Of a stretch of DNA of 48,916 nt, positions 25,708-38,475 are shown piece by piece. The DNA is from Acetobacterales bacterium (GTDB taxonomy: Bacteria; Pseudomonadota; Alphaproteobacteria; JBBDQX01): assembly GCA_040905765.1 (NCBI GenBank), contig JBBDQX010000061.1:1-48916 (forward strand), given 5' to 3'. Made by a program: the position numbers and the translations under genes. A model generated the notes under the pieces. The model saw only the letters and a program-made list of their open reading frames with translations. It did no database searches and was not told the DNA's origin. The first letter of the stretch is position 1. Every line of letters starts with the position of its first letter.

Positions 25708-26219
25708 TGCGCGTCCTCGGCCTGGATCCCGGCCTGCGCAATACCGGCTGGGGCGTGCTCGACATCCGGGGGAACCGCATTTCCCATGTGGCGGACGGCG
25801 TCGTGCGGTCCGACAGTTCCCTGCAGATGCCGGACAGGCTGGTGCAGCTGCATGCGGGGCTGGCCCAGGTGATCGCGACCTACCGGCCCGATCATGCGGC
25901 GGTCGAGGAAACCTACGTTAACAAGAACCCGGATACGACGCTGCGCCTGGGGCAGGCCCGCGGCGTCGTGTTGTTGACGCCGGCCGAGGCCGGCGTCGCG
26001 GTGTTCGAATACGGCGCGATGCAGATCAAGAAGGCGGTGGTCGGCTATGGCCATGCGCAGAAGGCGCAGGTGGCGATGATGGTGCGCACGCTGCTGCCCG
26101 GCGCGCATCTCGACAGCCCCGATGCGGCCGATGCACTGGCCACGGCGCTGTGCCACGCGCATCACGTGCAGACCGCCGCGAGCCGCGGCCTGGCCGGGGA
26201 ACTGAGGGCGGCGCGGTGA
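25707..26219 (+). CDS. ruvC: Holliday junction resolvase RuvC
   Basis: [18 protein letters not shown]...[10 protein letters not shown]...GHAQKAQV...DAADALA. The ATG overlaps the yebC stop. GTG at 25704 is an alternative start. Confidence 0.93.
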   Translation: MRVLGLDPGLRNTGWGVLDIRGNRISHVADGVVRSDSSLQMPDRLVQLHAGLAQVIATYRPDHAAVEETYVNKNPDTTLRLGQARGVVLLTPAEAGVAVFEYGAMQIKKAVVGYGHAQKAQVAMMVRTLLPGAHLDSPDAADALATALCHAHHVQTAASRGLAGELRAAR

Positions 26220-26839
26220 TCGCCAGGCTGGCCGGGTTGGTCGATTCGGTGGACGAGGACGGGGTCGTCGTCGACGTGCGCGGCGTCGGATATCTGGTCT
26301 TCTGTCCGGCGCGCACGCTGTCGGCGTTGCCTGCGCCGGGCGAGGCGGTGACGCTGCTGATCGAGACCCACGTCCGTGAGGACCACATTCACTTGTACGG
26401 CTTTTCCACCACGGCCGAGCGCGACTGGTTCCGGCTACTGATGACGGTGCAGGGCGTGGGCGCGCGCGTGGCGCTCGCGGTGCTGGGCGTGTTGTCGCCG
26501 ACCGAACTGATGCAGGCGGTGGCGGCGCAGGATAGGGCTGCTGTGTCGCGGGCGCAGGGCGTCGGCGGCAAGCTGGCCCAGCGCATCGTCAACGAGCTGA
26601 AGGACAAGGCCGGGGCGATGCCTGCCTCGGTGCTGCAGGCTGCCGGCGGCCGCCGCGGCACCGTTGCCGAGGGTGCCTCCGGTGATATGGCGGTCGGGGA
26701 CGCGGTATCGGCGCTGGTCAACCTCGGCTTCGGTCGCAGCGAGGCGTTCGGCGTGGTCGCCGCAGCGAGCCGGAAGCTCGGTGCCGAGGCCACCGCCGAA
26801 ACCCTGATCCGCGCCGGGCTGCAGGAGCTTCACCGGTGA
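26216..26839 (+). CDS. ruvA: Holliday junction branch-migration complex subunit RuvA
   Basis: VIARLAGLV...[10 protein letters not shown]...[12 protein letters not shown]...[16 protein letters not shown]. The GTG at 26216 overlaps the ruvC stop. Confidence 0.93.
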   Translation: MIARLAGLVDSVDEDGVVVDVRGVGYLVFCPARTLSALPAPGEAVTLLIETHVREDHIHLYGFSTTAERDWFRLLMTVQGVGARVALAVLGVLSPTELMQAVAAQDRAAVSRAQGVGGKLAQRIVNELKDKAGAMPASVLQAAGGRRGTVAEGASGDMAVGDAVSALVNLGFGRSEAFGVVAAASRKLGAEATAETLIRAGLQELHR

Positions 26840-27906
26840 TTTCGGCCCCGGACAGGCTGGTGGCGCCGGGCGCGGCCGGCGACGAGGGCGGGGATCCGGC
26901 CCTGCGTCCCCAGCAGCTGTCCGATTTCATCGGTCAGGCCAGGCTGCGCGAGAACCTGAAAGTATTCATCTCGGCGGCCTCCGGGCGCGGGGAACCGCTC
27001 GACCATGTGCTGTTCCACGGTCCGCCGGGCCTCGGCAAGACGACGCTGGCGCAGATCGTCGCACGCGAACTTGGCGTGGGCTTTCGGGCCACCTCCGGGC
27101 CGGTGGTGGCTCGTGCCGGCGATCTTGCAGCGATCCTCACCAACCTGCAGCCGCGTGACGTGCTGTTCATCGACGAGATCCACCGCCTCAATCCTGCCGT
27201 GGAAGAGGTGTTGTATCCCGCCATGGAGGATTTCCAGCTCGATCTCATCATCGGCGAGGGCCCGGCCGCTCGCTCGGTGCGCATCGATCTGCCGCGCTTC
27301 ACACTGGTCGGCGCGACGACGCGCTCGGGGCTGCTGACGACGCCGCTGCGCGAGCGTTTCGGCATTCCGCTCAGGCTGTCCTTCTACGAAGTGCCGGAAC
27401 TGACCGAGATTGTCGGCCGCGGCGCGCGCGCGCTGGGCTTCGTGGTGACGCCGGAGGGGGCGGGGGAAATCGCCCGCAGGTCGCGCGGCACGCCGCGGGT
27501 GGCCGTCCGCCTGCTGCGCCGGGTGCGCGATTTCGCGGCGGTCGACGGCGCGGCGGACCAGCCGGTGGATGCGGGCCGCGCCGATGCCGCGCTGAACCGG
27601 CTGGAGGTCGACGGCCTCGGCCTCGATGCGATGGACAGGCGCTATCTCAACTGCATCGCCGAAATGTACAGCGGCGGCCCGGTCGGAGTGGAGACGCTGG
27701 CGGCGGCACTGTCGGAGCAGCGCGACACGATAGAGGACGTGATCGAGCCGTTCCTGATCCAGCAGGGGCTGATCCAGCGTACCCTGAGGGGTCGCATGAT
27801 GGCGGATTTCGGCTATCGGCACCTGGGTCTGACGGTTCCGCGGCGTTCGGCCGACCAGCTCGACCTGCTCGAGCGCGCTGCCGCGGAGGAGGCTGCCGAT
27901 GCCTGA
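26836..27906 (+). CDS. ruvB: Holliday junction DNA helicase RuvB
   Basis: [12 protein letters not shown]...[16 protein letters not shown]...LFIDEIHRL...[18 protein letters not shown]. Confidence 0.97.
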   Translation: MISAPDRLVAPGAAGDEGGDPALRPQQLSDFIGQARLRENLKVFISAASGRGEPLDHVLFHGPPGLGKTTLAQIVARELGVGFRATSGPVVARAGDLAAILTNLQPRDVLFIDEIHRLNPAVEEVLYPAMEDFQLDLIIGEGPAARSVRIDLPRFTLVGATTRSGLLTTPLRERFGIPLRLSFYEVPELTEIVGRGARALGFVVTPEGAGEIARRSRGTPRVAVRLLRRVRDFAAVDGAADQPVDAGRADAALNRLEVDGLGLDAMDRRYLNCIAEMYSGGPVGVETLAAALSEQRDTIEDVIEPFLIQQGLIQRTLRGRMMADFGYRHLGLTVPRRSADQLDLLERAAAEEAADA

Positions 27907-28366
27907 AGCGGCTGCCCGATCCTCAGGCCGCCTGACCGATGGCGTGCACGTGATGCCGATCCGCGTCTATTTTGCCGACACCGACGCCGGCGGGGTGGTG
28001 CACCATGCGAGCTATCTGTCCTTCGCCGAGCGGGCGCGCACCGAGATGCTGCGCCTTCTCGGTTTCGATCAGGGCCATCTGATGCGCGAGCACGGGCTGG
28101 TGTTCGCCGTGCGCCAATGCGAAATCGATTTCCTCAGCCCGGCGCACCTCGACGAACTGCTTGAGCTTCGCACCAGCATTGTCGGGATCGGTGGCTCGTC
28201 GGTGAAGGTATCGCAGAGCCTGTGGCATGACGCGCGGGAACTGGTGCGAATGCTGATACGGCTGGTCTGCGTCCGGCTGTCGGACGTGCGTCCGGCCCGG
28301 CTGCCCGCCGATATCCGCGTTGCATTCGAGGGTGCCCTTCAACCTCAGGCAGGGAACACGACATAG
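27899..28366 (+). CDS. ybgC: Tol-Pal-associated acyl-CoA thioesterase YbgC (4HBT family)
   Basis: [32 protein letters not shown]. Located directly upstream of tolQ. Confidence 0.85.
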   Translation: MPEAAARSSGRLTDGVHVMPIRVYFADTDAGGVVHHASYLSFAERARTEMLRLLGFDQGHLMREHGLVFAVRQCEIDFLSPAHLDELLELRTSIVGIGGSSVKVSQSLWHDARELVRMLIRLVCVRLSDVRPARLPADIRVAFEGALQPQAGNTT

Positions 28367-28373
28367 CAGGCCC

Positions 28374-29102
28374 ATGGAACCGAACGCCGTAGAAGCCGCG
28401 TCCATCGCCGGCACCGCCGCAGCCGACCTCTCCGTCTGGGGGCTGTTCTGGCAATCCGATCCGATCGTCAAGTTCGTCATGCTGCTGCTGATCGCCGCCT
28501 CGGTGTGGTGCTGGGCCATCATATTCGACAAGGTCACGCGCATGCGCCGGCTGCGCCGGGAGGCAGAGGAATTCGAGAACCGCTTCTGGTCCGGCGGGTC
28601 GCTGGAAGAGCTGTTCGAGCGCGTCGGCAGTTCCCCGACCCATCCGATGGCGGCGGTCTTCTCGGCCGCGATGCATGAATGGCGGCGGGCGACACGCAAG
28701 GGCCTGTTGTCGTCGCAGCGGGCGGTGGACAGCCTGCAGGAGCGCATCGAGCGGGTGATGAACATCACCATCGGCCGGGAGATGGAGCGTCTGGAGTCGC
28801 AGCTCGGCTTTCTCGCAACCGTCGGCTCCACGGCACCGTTCGTCGGCCTGTTCGGCACGGTCTGGGGTATCATGAACAGCTTCACGGCCATCGCGGCGAC
28901 CAAGGCGACCAACCTGGCGGTTGTCGCCCCCGGTATCGCCGAGGCGCTTTTCGCCACCGCACTCGGCCTCGTCGCGGCTATTCCCGCGGTTGTCGCCTAT
29001 AACAAGCTGGCGAGCGATCTCCGGCGCTACGGTGACCGCCTCGAGCAGTTCTGCGGCGAGTTCGGCGCCATCCTCTCCAGGCAGATCGACGAGCGGAGCT
29101 GA
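28374..29102 (+). CDS. tolQ: Tol-Pal system protein TolQ
   Basis: 242 aa from the ATG at 28374. FVGLFGTVWGIMNSF and IAEALFATALGLVAAIPAVVAYN. Confidence 0.93.
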   Translation: MEPNAVEAASIAGTAAADLSVWGLFWQSDPIVKFVMLLLIAASVWCWAIIFDKVTRMRRLRREAEEFENRFWSGGSLEELFERVGSSPTHPMAAVFSAAMHEWRRATRKGLLSSQRAVDSLQERIERVMNITIGREMERLESQLGFLATVGSTAPFVGLFGTVWGIMNSFTAIAATKATNLAVVAPGIAEALFATALGLVAAIPAVVAYNKLASDLRRYGDRLEQFCGEFGAILSRQIDERS

Positions 29103-29104
29103 CC

Positions 29105-29587
29105 GTGGCCGTTTCTCTCGGCAACGGACGTGCCGGTCCCCGCTCCCGCGGCAGGTTGCGCAGCTATGCCCCGATGAGCGAAATCAACGTGACGCCGCTG
29201 GTCGACGTCATGCTTGTGCTGCTGATCGTGTTCATGATTACGGCACCGCTGCTCACGGTCGGCGTGCCGGTCGACCTGCCTAAGACGCAGGCGAACAACC
29301 TGAGCGATCAGGACGAGCCGCTGGTCGTGACCGTCGATGCGGAAGGCCGGATGTTCTTGCAGGAAACCGAGATAGAACCCGCGGCTCTGGTGCCGCGTCT
29401 GCGGGCGATCACCGACAACAAGCCCGATAGCCGGATCTATGTCCGCGGCGACCGCAAGATCGCCTACGGCCGGGTGATGGAGGTGATGGGGCTGGTGAAT
29501 GCGGCCGGCTTCACCCGCGTGGCATTGGTCGCCGAGCTGCCGAATGCGACGGACGTGCCGAACGGCCGCCGGCAGGGAGCTCCGTAA
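29105..29587 (+). CDS. tolR: Tol-Pal system protein TolR (ExbD/TolR family)
   Basis: MSEINVTPLVDVMLVLLIVFMITAP...YVRGDRKIAYGRVMEVMGLV. Confidence 0.92.
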   Translation: MAVSLGNGRAGPRSRGRLRSYAPMSEINVTPLVDVMLVLLIVFMITAPLLTVGVPVDLPKTQANNLSDQDEPLVVTVDAEGRMFLQETEIEPAALVPRLRAITDNKPDSRIYVRGDRKIAYGRVMEVMGLVNAAGFTRVALVAELPNATDVPNGRRQGAP

Positions 29588-29590
29588 CCG

Positions 29591-30565
29591 ATGCGCGGGC
29601 CGGTGGCCGTTTCCGCAGCGATGCATGTCGCGGTCATCACGCTCGCGTACGTCGGGCTGCCGGCGCTGATGAGCTATGAGGAACCGACAAACCGGCCGAT
29701 CATCGTGGATATCGTCACGCTGGCGGACAAGACCAATGCGCCGCCTCCGAAGCCGGTGAAGGAGGCCGAGGCGCCCGAGCCCAGGCAGGCGGCGCGGCCG
29801 GCGCCGCCGCCTCCTGCGCCGGCGCCCGCGGTCGCACCCGAGCCCGAACTCGCGCCGGTGCGGAAGCCCGATCCGGTGCCGCCGCCGCCGGAGCCGGTGC
29901 AGCGGAAGGTGGCGAGCCTTCCGCCGCCGCCGCCCGAGCCGCAGGCGAAGGTGAAGCCGAAGCCCGAGCCCGAGCCGGAAGCGAAGGCGCCCCCGAAGCC
30001 TGCGGAGAAGCCGCAGCCGCCGAAGCCCGAGCCGCCCAAGCAGGCGGAGAAGAAGCCGGAGCCGAAAGAACCCGAGCCGCCCCAGCAGGCCGAGAAGAAG
30101 CCCGAGGCCGCGACCGACTTCGCGCAGGTGCTGAACTCGCTCAACAGGATCAAGGAGCGGGTGGCGCAGCGGGAGGATGAGCAGGAGGCGTCGGCCGCTC
30201 CCGAGCCGGAAACCCGCACCTCGGACAGCCGCGTCCCGCACCGGCCCGACCAGCCCCTGACGGTAAGCGAACTGGATTTCATCCGGGCGCAGATCCAGCG
30301 CTGCTGGATCGTGCCGATCGGGGCCAAGGGCATCGAGGACATGAACGTCGAGATCCGGGTCGAGATGAACCGCGACGGATCGGTTCGCGATGCCAGCATC
30401 CAGAATATGTCGCGCATGCAGGCCGACCCGTTCTTCCGCACGGTGGCGGAGAGTGCCCGCCGCGCGGTCCTGAGATGCAGCCCGCTGCGGGTCCCGGAGA
30501 AGAAGTTCGACCAGTGGCAGGTGATGAACCTCCGATTCAATCCAAAGGACATGTTCGGATCATGA
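29591..30565 (+). CDS. tolA: Cell envelope integrity protein TolA
   Basis: N-terminal TM, a long P/E/K/A-rich domain, and a C-terminal TolA/TonB-like domain (IRAQIQRCW...). Located between tolR and tolB. Confidence 0.88.
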   Translation: MRGPVAVSAAMHVAVITLAYVGLPALMSYEEPTNRPIIVDIVTLADKTNAPPPKPVKEAEAPEPRQAARPAPPPPAPAPAVAPEPELAPVRKPDPVPPPPEPVQRKVASLPPPPPEPQAKVKPKPEPEPEAKAPPKPAEKPQPPKPEPPKQAEKKPEPKEPEPPQQAEKKPEAATDFAQVLNSLNRIKERVAQREDEQEASAAPEPETRTSDSRVPHRPDQPLTVSELDFIRAQIQRCWIVPIGAKGIEDMNVEIRVEMNRDGSVRDASIQNMSRMQADPFFRTVAESARRAVLRCSPLRVPEKKFDQWQVMNLRFNPKDMFGS

Positions 30566-31905
30566 CGTTTCAACAGACACCCCGCCGCCTGGCGCAGGCC
30601 GCCGCCGCCGCATTGGCCGTCCTGGCAGTCGTCGCGCCGGCGCGGGCGGAGCTGCAGATCGACATCACCCGTGGCCAGGTCGAGCCGCTGCCGATCGCCA
30701 TAGTCGACTTCACGGGGGATGCGCCATCCGGCGGAGAACTCGGCCGCAACGTCGCCGAAGTGATCACCAGCGACCTGCGGAATTCGGGTCTGTTCAAGCC
30801 TGTCGACCCCGAGGCGTTCATCCAGAGTACCGATGCGTTCAACGTCCAGCCGCGCTTCGCCGACTGGCGCGTGATCGGCGCTCAGGCGCTGGTGCACGGG
30901 CGCATGCAGAACACGCAGGATGGCCGGGTGAGGGTGGAGTTCCGCCTGTGGGACGTGGTCGCAGAGCAGCAGATGAAGGGGCTCGCCTATTCGACGGTCG
31001 AGCGCAACTGGCGCCGCATCGCCCACATCATCGCCGACGACATCTACGAGCGGCTGACTGGCGAGCGCGGCTATTTCGACACCCGCATCGTCTATGTCGC
31101 CGAGAGTGGGGCGCGAAACCGGAGGGTGAAGCGCCTCGCCATCATGGACCAGGACGGCGCCAATCACCGTTTCCTGACCGACGGCCGCAATCTCGTGCTG
31201 ACGCCGCGCTTCTCACCGGCAGCGGACATGATCACGTTCCTGTCGTATCAGGACGACAGGCCGCGCGTTTACTTGTTCAACATCGATACGGGCCGCCAGG
31301 AACTGGTCGGTGACTTTCCGTCGATGACCTTCGCGCCGCGCTTTTCCCCTGACGGCAACAAGGTGCTGATGAGCCTCGCCGACAAGGGCAACTCCGACGT
31401 CCACGTGATGGACCTGCGCACGCGCCAGAGCCGGCGCCTTACCAACAGTCCGGCGATCGACGTGTCGCCGAGCTTCGCTCCGGATGAGGAGGCCATCGTC
31501 TTCAACTCGGACCGCAGCGGCCGCCAACAGCTCTACGTGATGAAGCCGGACGGCAGCGACCAGCGTCGCATCAGCTTTGGCAACGGCAGCTATGCCACCC
31601 CGGTATGGTCGCCGCGGGGCGACTACATAGCCTTCACGAAGATCGAGGGCGGGCAGTTCTTCATAGGCATCATGCGGCCCGACGGGTCCGGCGAGCGGCT
31701 GCTGGCAGACGGCTACCGGGTCGAGGGCCCGACCTGGGCCCCCAATGGCCGGGTGCTGATGTTTTTCCGCCAGTCGAGATTCGACGCCCAGGGCGGGTCC
31801 GGCTCGGTCCGACTCTATTCCGTTGACATCACCGGCTACAACGAGCGGCAGATAGATACGCCGATGGACGCCTCGGACCCCGCTTGGTCCCCCTTGCTTC
31901 GTTGA
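30562..31905 (+). CDS. tolB: Tol-Pal system beta-propeller protein TolB
   Basis: Signal peptide then ELQIDITRG...PIAIVDF. Repeated PxFSPDG/WSPxG propeller motifs. The ATG at 30562 overlaps the tolA stop. Confidence 0.95.
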   Translation: MTFQQTPRRLAQAAAAALAVLAVVAPARAELQIDITRGQVEPLPIAIVDFTGDAPSGGELGRNVAEVITSDLRNSGLFKPVDPEAFIQSTDAFNVQPRFADWRVIGAQALVHGRMQNTQDGRVRVEFRLWDVVAEQQMKGLAYSTVERNWRRIAHIIADDIYERLTGERGYFDTRIVYVAESGARNRRVKRLAIMDQDGANHRFLTDGRNLVLTPRFSPAADMITFLSYQDDRPRVYLFNIDTGRQELVGDFPSMTFAPRFSPDGNKVLMSLADKGNSDVHVMDLRTRQSRRLTNSPAIDVSPSFAPDEEAIVFNSDRSGRQQLYVMKPDGSDQRRISFGNGSYATPVWSPRGDYIAFTKIEGGQFFIGIMRPDGSGERLLADGYRVEGPTWAPNGRVLMFFRQSRFDAQGGSGSVRLYSVDITGYNERQIDTPMDASDPAWSPLLR

Positions 31906-32054
31906 TTTATCGCCACTATAGTGCCGCCTTCGAGGTGAAGTTCCGCTTTATTTCACGGTCCTTAACACCTCTTTGCATATGCCACTGAAAGTATTCGTTA
32001 GGGTGCTTGCAGGGTTGTGTCCTGTGACTATCGTCCCATAAGGAAAGGCGGACT

Positions 32055-32591
32055 ATGCACATTCGTTTTGTGACTCTCATCGCGTCGGTGGCGTTGCTCG
32101 GGGCTTGCCAGACAGCGCCCGAAGAGGCCGCGACGACTTCCGGCGCGGGGTCGGGATCGACGTCGACCACCTCCGCGGCGCCGCCGTCGGCGCCGGCGAT
32201 GCAGCAGGCCGCGCCGGCAACGGACGCGGTGACGCCCGGTTCGCAGGCCGATCTGGCCGCGAACGTCGGGGATCGCGTTTTCTTCGCTTTCGACAAGGCA
32301 GGTCTGGAGGCGGAGGCACGCTCGACGCTGGAGCGCCAGGCGACCTGGCTGAAGCGTCATCCGTCGGTCCGTGTCGTCGTCGAAGGCCATGCCGACGAGC
32401 GCGGCACCCGCGAATACAACCTGGCTCTCGGCGAGCGTCGTGCCAATTCAGCGCGCGACTACCTCGTCAGCCTCGGCATCGACCCGAGCCGGGTCGAGAC
32501 CGTGAGCTACGGCGAGGAGCGGCCCTACGCTATGGGTTCCAACGAGGCGGCCTGGCGTCTTAACCGGCGCGTGGTCACCGTCGTTCGGTAA
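32055..32591 (+). CDS. pal: Peptidoglycan-associated lipoprotein Pal
   Basis: Lipobox LLGAC. OmpA-like VVVEGHADERGTREYNLALGERRANSARDYLVSLG...NRRVV. Confidence 0.95.
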   Translation: MHIRFVTLIASVALLGACQTAPEEAATTSGAGSGSTSTTSAAPPSAPAMQQAAPATDAVTPGSQADLAANVGDRVFFAFDKAGLEAEARSTLERQATWLKRHPSVRVVVEGHADERGTREYNLALGERRANSARDYLVSLGIDPSRVETVSYGEERPYAMGSNEAAWRLNRRVVTVVR

Positions 32592-32618
32592 TCTGCGAAA
32601 CAATCTCGGCGAACACCC

Positions 32619-32672
32619 GGCGCCGGGCCGTCATGCCGCTTTCGAGCGGTATCGGCCCGGCGCCTTTTTCTT
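32619..32672 (+). terminator. Rho-independent terminator after pal
   Basis: Perfect 12-bp arms GGCGCCGGGCCG / CGGCCCGGCGCC with an inner CCGCT-TTCG-AGCGG, followed by TTTTTCTT. Confidence 0.8.
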
Positions 32673-32741
32673 GCCAGGATTCTGTGCCCTGATGGGCCGG
32701 ATGAGCAGAGCCGTAAATCCCGAACCGCACGCTTCGGAGCG

Positions 32742-33869
32742 ATGACGATGTCCAGCCGAAACGCGGGCCGCGCCCTTGCGTCGCTGATCGGCGCGGCCTT
32801 CATGATGGCTTCCGCCTCGGCGTTTGCGCAGAACGCGCGGGTGGAGTTCCTCGAGACGCAGATCGACCGGCTAACCCGGGAGCTGCAGGATCTTCAGCGG
32901 GAGGTCTACCGCGGCGGCACGTCCGGCTCGGCGCCTGCTGCGGCTGCCGGGCAGTCTTCCGCGGGCTCCGCCGGCTCGATCCCGAACACGGCGTTGGCGC
33001 GCATCGACGAACGGCTGACCGGTCTGGAGGACGATCTGCGCTCGCTGCGCGGGGAACTGGAGCAGGCGCGCCATGCCGTCCAGCAGGTCACCACGCGGGT
33101 GGATCAGCTCGTCGCCGATGTCGATTTCCGGCTGACCGCGCTGGAACAGGGCACCAATCGTGGCCGGCCGGTGCAGTCGGGCACCGCGGAGTCTCGGCAG
33201 GGGCGGCCGGACGGCAGGCCGCAACCCTCCTCCGACGTGGCGCGCGCCCTCAACAGCGAAGGGGCGACCGGCGGCAGCCAGCTTGCTCCGGACGAGCGGA
33301 AGCTGCCGGAAGGGGTACGCTCGCTTGGAACCATCCCGCTGAGCGAGTTGGACAACGCCGGCACCTCTCCCGCAGACAGCGTCAACGGACAGCCGCCGGC
33401 GGCGGGGGCGGGATCGTCGTCGTCCGGTGCGCAGCAGCGGAGCCGGCAGGCGTCGCTGGCCACGCCGCCCGCCGGCGCGGCGATGTCGCCGGCCGAGGCC
33501 TATAACGAGGCTTACACGCTGCTGAAGACGGCCCGGTTCGATCAGGCCGAAACGGCCCTGGACAGCTTCATCAAGACCTATCCCGACCATCCTCTGGCGG
33601 AGAATGCGCGGTACTGGCTGGGCGAGACCTATTATGTGCGCGGCGACTTCGAGCGCGCCGCCCTGACCTTCGCCGACGGTTACAAGTCCGCGCCGGAGGG
33701 TGGCAAGGCGGCCGACAACCTCCTCAAGCTGGCGCGCTCGCTGGCGGAACTGGGCGACAAGGCCAACGCCTGTGCGACCCTGCAGCGCCTGACGGAAGAA
33801 TTTCCCAACGCCCGCCCGGCGATCGAACAGAGCGCAACGAGCACCCGCTCCCGCCTCGACTGCTCGTGA
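32742..33869 (+). CDS. cpoB: Tol-Pal system protein YbgF / cell division coordinator CpoB
   Basis: Signal peptide, a coiled-coil N-terminal domain (LETQIDRLTRELQDLQ...), a low-complexity linker, and a C-terminal TPR region (YNEAYTLLKTARFDQAE...YWLGETYY). Confidence 0.88.
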   Translation: MTMSSRNAGRALASLIGAAFMMASASAFAQNARVEFLETQIDRLTRELQDLQREVYRGGTSGSAPAAAAGQSSAGSAGSIPNTALARIDERLTGLEDDLRSLRGELEQARHAVQQVTTRVDQLVADVDFRLTALEQGTNRGRPVQSGTAESRQGRPDGRPQPSSDVARALNSEGATGGSQLAPDERKLPEGVRSLGTIPLSELDNAGTSPADSVNGQPPAAGAGSSSSGAQQRSRQASLATPPAGAAMSPAEAYNEAYTLLKTARFDQAETALDSFIKTYPDHPLAENARYWLGETYYVRGDFERAALTFADGYKSAPEGGKAADNLLKLARSLAELGDKANACATLQRLTEEFPNARPAIEQSATSTRSRLDCS

Positions 33870-35209
33870 CCGCCGCTGCAGGCTGCGCGCCCGTCGACGA
33901 GCGGGCGTTCGCGGTCGCGATGTCCGCGCTGGGTCCCTTCGAGAAGAATCCCGCCGTCGCCGTCGCCGTGTCCGGAGGACGCGACAGCGTCGCTCTGGCG
34001 CTGCTCGCGCGACGCTGGGCCGCCCGGCAGGGCGGCACCCTCACGGCCCTCACCGTCGACCATGGTCTGCGTCCGGCCTCGGTGCGGGAAGCCCGGCAGG
34101 TGGGGAGGTGGATGCGTGATCTCGGTCTCCGCCACCACACCCTGCGGCTGGCCGCGCAGGAGGCGTGGCGAAGCGAACCTGGCGGGCTGCAGGCGGCGGC
34201 CCGAACCGCCCGCTACGATGCGCTTGCCGGCTGGTGCCGCGCGCGGGGCGTGCTCCATCTCCTGCTCGGCCATCACCGCGACGATCAGGCCGAGACATTC
34301 CTTGAGCGCCTTGCCCGCGGCAGCGGTCTGACCGGGCTTGCCGGCATGCCGCCGCTCGCCGAACGTGGTGGCGTCCGTTTGTTGCGGCCGCTGCTCGGCA
34401 TGGCGCGGGAGCGGCTGACGGCCACCCTCGTCGGTGCCGGGCAATCCTGGGTGGAGGATGAGAGCAATGCCGACCCTCGCTTCCTGCGCACGCGCCTGAG
34501 GCAGAGCCGCGCCGTGCTGCAGGCCGAGGGGCTGGATAGCCGCCGACTCGCTGATACGATGCGCCGGCTCGGACGTGCGCGGCAGGCTATCGACGATGCC
34601 GTGGCACGCCTGCTGGCGCGCACCGTCGCCATCTATCCGCACGGCTATGCCGTCGCTCGCGCGGGCATGCTTGCGGGGGGGGGCGGCGAGGTTCGGCTGC
34701 GGGCTCTGGCGCGGCTGCTCCAGGCGATAGGGGGCGGCACCTATCCTCCTCGCGAGGAGCGGCTGGAGGCGCTGGACGCGGCCGTCACGGAATTCGCGGC
34801 GGGGAGCGGCCTGCGGGGACGGACGCTGGGCGGCTGCCGCGTGATCGGTAGGAGGGTGGACGGCTCTGTCCTGATCTGCCGGGAACCCCGCGCCATGGCG
34901 TCGCCCCTGCCGCTTGGCGATGCAACCGAATACGTATGGGACGGGCGTTTCGCGGTGCGCCTCCCGGCCAGGGAAAAGGGGTTGGAGATCGGGGCGGTCG
35001 AGACCGTCCCCGACAGACGTCTCCGGGTCATTCTCGCGCGTCTGCCGGCTGCCGTGCGGCCGACCGTTCCCGCGATGATTCGCAATGGTGCGGCCGTGGC
35101 GCTGCCGACGATGGGGTGGACTGCGGAGGATGCGGCGGGAATGGAGGGCGTAGCGGTGACATTCGTGGCGGCACCACCGCTCGCGGGAGGGTGCTTTACC
35201 GTTGCTTAA
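33866..35209 (+). CDS. tilS: tRNA(Ile)-lysidine synthase TilS
   Basis: PP-loop AVAVSGGRDSVAL...LTVDHGLRP...LLLGHHRDDQAETFLERL. Confidence 0.9.
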   Translation: MTAAAGCAPVDERAFAVAMSALGPFEKNPAVAVAVSGGRDSVALALLARRWAARQGGTLTALTVDHGLRPASVREARQVGRWMRDLGLRHHTLRLAAQEAWRSEPGGLQAAARTARYDALAGWCRARGVLHLLLGHHRDDQAETFLERLARGSGLTGLAGMPPLAERGGVRLLRPLLGMARERLTATLVGAGQSWVEDESNADPRFLRTRLRQSRAVLQAEGLDSRRLADTMRRLGRARQAIDDAVARLLARTVAIYPHGYAVARAGMLAGGGGEVRLRALARLLQAIGGGTYPPREERLEALDAAVTEFAAGSGLRGRTLGGCRVIGRRVDGSVLICREPRAMASPLPLGDATEYVWDGRFAVRLPAREKGLEIGAVETVPDRRLRVILARLPAAVRPTVPAMIRNGAAVALPTMGWTAEDAAGMEGVAVTFVAAPPLAGGCFTVA

Positions 35210-35317
35210 TGCCCCGCATGCCACCACATTCGGGCAAGCCTGTCTGCGTGCTGTCCCACCCTGGGCCCGTTCGCCGAGAAAAAACGTACAAGATCCCCTT
35301 CACGAGAGTCCGCGCAC

Positions 35318-37273
<1,956 letters not shown>

Positions 37274-37286
37274 CCTTCCGCTCGCC

Positions 37287-38423
37287 GTGCCGCTGAGCGG
37301 GACGTACCCGGCCCCCGACAGCCCGTTCGCGACTGGTGACGGCGGGGCCGTCGATGTCTACCTGCGCCCCGTCGCTTTCGTTACCCAAGTCGAAGACGAT
37401 CCGGGCGCCTGGCCGCTGACCGGCGGGCCAAGGGGGTTTTCTGCCGTCGAGGTGCTGCGTCGGGCGGGCGAGGGTGTCGAGCGCGAGGTCGTTCCGGTAG
37501 CCCTCCTCGATGACTGGCTGCAGGAAAAGCCTGGCAACGAGCGGGTTGCTCTTCTGGAGAAGTTCGCGGCGCTGGAAACCGGGCGGGAGTCCTTTGCCGG
37601 CCTCGACCTCGATCGGCCGCGGCTGATGGGCATCGTGAATGTCACGCCCGACAGCTTTTCGGACGGAGGGCTCGCGTTCGAGCCCGCTTCGGCGATCGCG
37701 CATGGCCGGACCCTGCTCGCGGCCGGGGCGGACATCCTTGACGTCGGCGGCGAATCGACGCGGCCGGGTGCAGCGCCGGTCGACGAGGCGGAAGAGGTGC
37801 GGCGCGTGCTGCCCGTGGTGCAGGCGCTGGCGGAGGACGGAGCTGTCGTCTCCGTGGACACGCGGCGTGCGGCGGTGGCGCGCGCCGCCTGTGCCGCGGG
37901 TGCTCATATCGTCAATGACGTCACGGCGCTGGGCGGAGATCCGGAGGCGATTGCCGCTGTCGCCGAGGCGGGTGCCTCGGTCGTGCTGATGCATATGCAG
38001 GGTGAGCCGCGGACCATGCAGCACGACCCGCAGTACCGCTTCGCGCCGTGCGATGTATTCGACTTCCTCGCCGGACGGATCGAGGCGTGCGAGGAGGCCG
38101 GCATCCCGCGCCACCGCATCGCCGTCGACCCCGGCATCGGATTCGGCAAGACGCCGGCGCACAACCTGCAACTGCTGTCGCACCTCTCGATGCTGCACGG
38201 ATTGGGCTGCCCTGTCCTGTTGGGCGCCTCGCGCAAGAGCTTCATCTCGCTCGTGGCCGGAAAGGCGGGCCCCGGCGAGCGGCTTGCCGGCACGCTCGCC
38301 GCCAACCAGGCTGCGCTGGAGCAGGGGGTGCAGATACTGCGCGTGCACGACGTGGCCGAAGCCCGGCAGGCGGTGTCGATCTGGTCGGCGATAGCCCGTT
38401 CCAGTCTGCCGCACGACTGTTAG
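37287..38423 (+). CDS. folP: Dihydropteroate synthase with ~110-aa N-terminal extension (start uncertain)
   Basis: The core is [15 protein letters not shown]...[14 protein letters not shown]...VSVDT...IVNDV...DPGIGFGK...[10 protein letters not shown]. The in-frame GTG at 37287 is the first start after the ftsH stop. The extension has coding-like GC3. Confidence 0.85.
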   Translation: MPLSGTYPAPDSPFATGDGGAVDVYLRPVAFVTQVEDDPGAWPLTGGPRGFSAVEVLRRAGEGVEREVVPVALLDDWLQEKPGNERVALLEKFAALETGRESFAGLDLDRPRLMGIVNVTPDSFSDGGLAFEPASAIAHGRTLLAAGADILDVGGESTRPGAAPVDEAEEVRRVLPVVQALAEDGAVVSVDTRRAAVARAACAAGAHIVNDVTALGGDPEAIAAVAEAGASVVLMHMQGEPRTMQHDPQYRFAPCDVFDFLAGRIEACEEAGIPRHRIAVDPGIGFGKTPAHNLQLLSHLSMLHGLGCPVLLGASRKSFISLVAGKAGPGERLAGTLAANQAALEQGVQILRVHDVAEARQAVSIWSAIARSSLPHDC

Positions 38424-38475
38424 AATGCTGCCCGCGACCCGGTCGGACCGCCGGTCGGGCAGACAAGGAGAAGGA

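Noticed and set aside
29750-30130. Repetitive Pro/Glu/Lys/Ala-coding DNA in tolA as a possible repeat element
   Set aside because: This is the normal low-complexity domain II of TolA. It is in frame and flanked by the TolA TM and C-terminal domain.
31916-32296. 126-aa minus-strand ORF over the tolB-pal spacer and the pal 5' end
   Set aside because: It overlaps pal, which has a clear lipobox and OmpA domain, and crosses an AT-rich non-coding spacer. No supporting signals.
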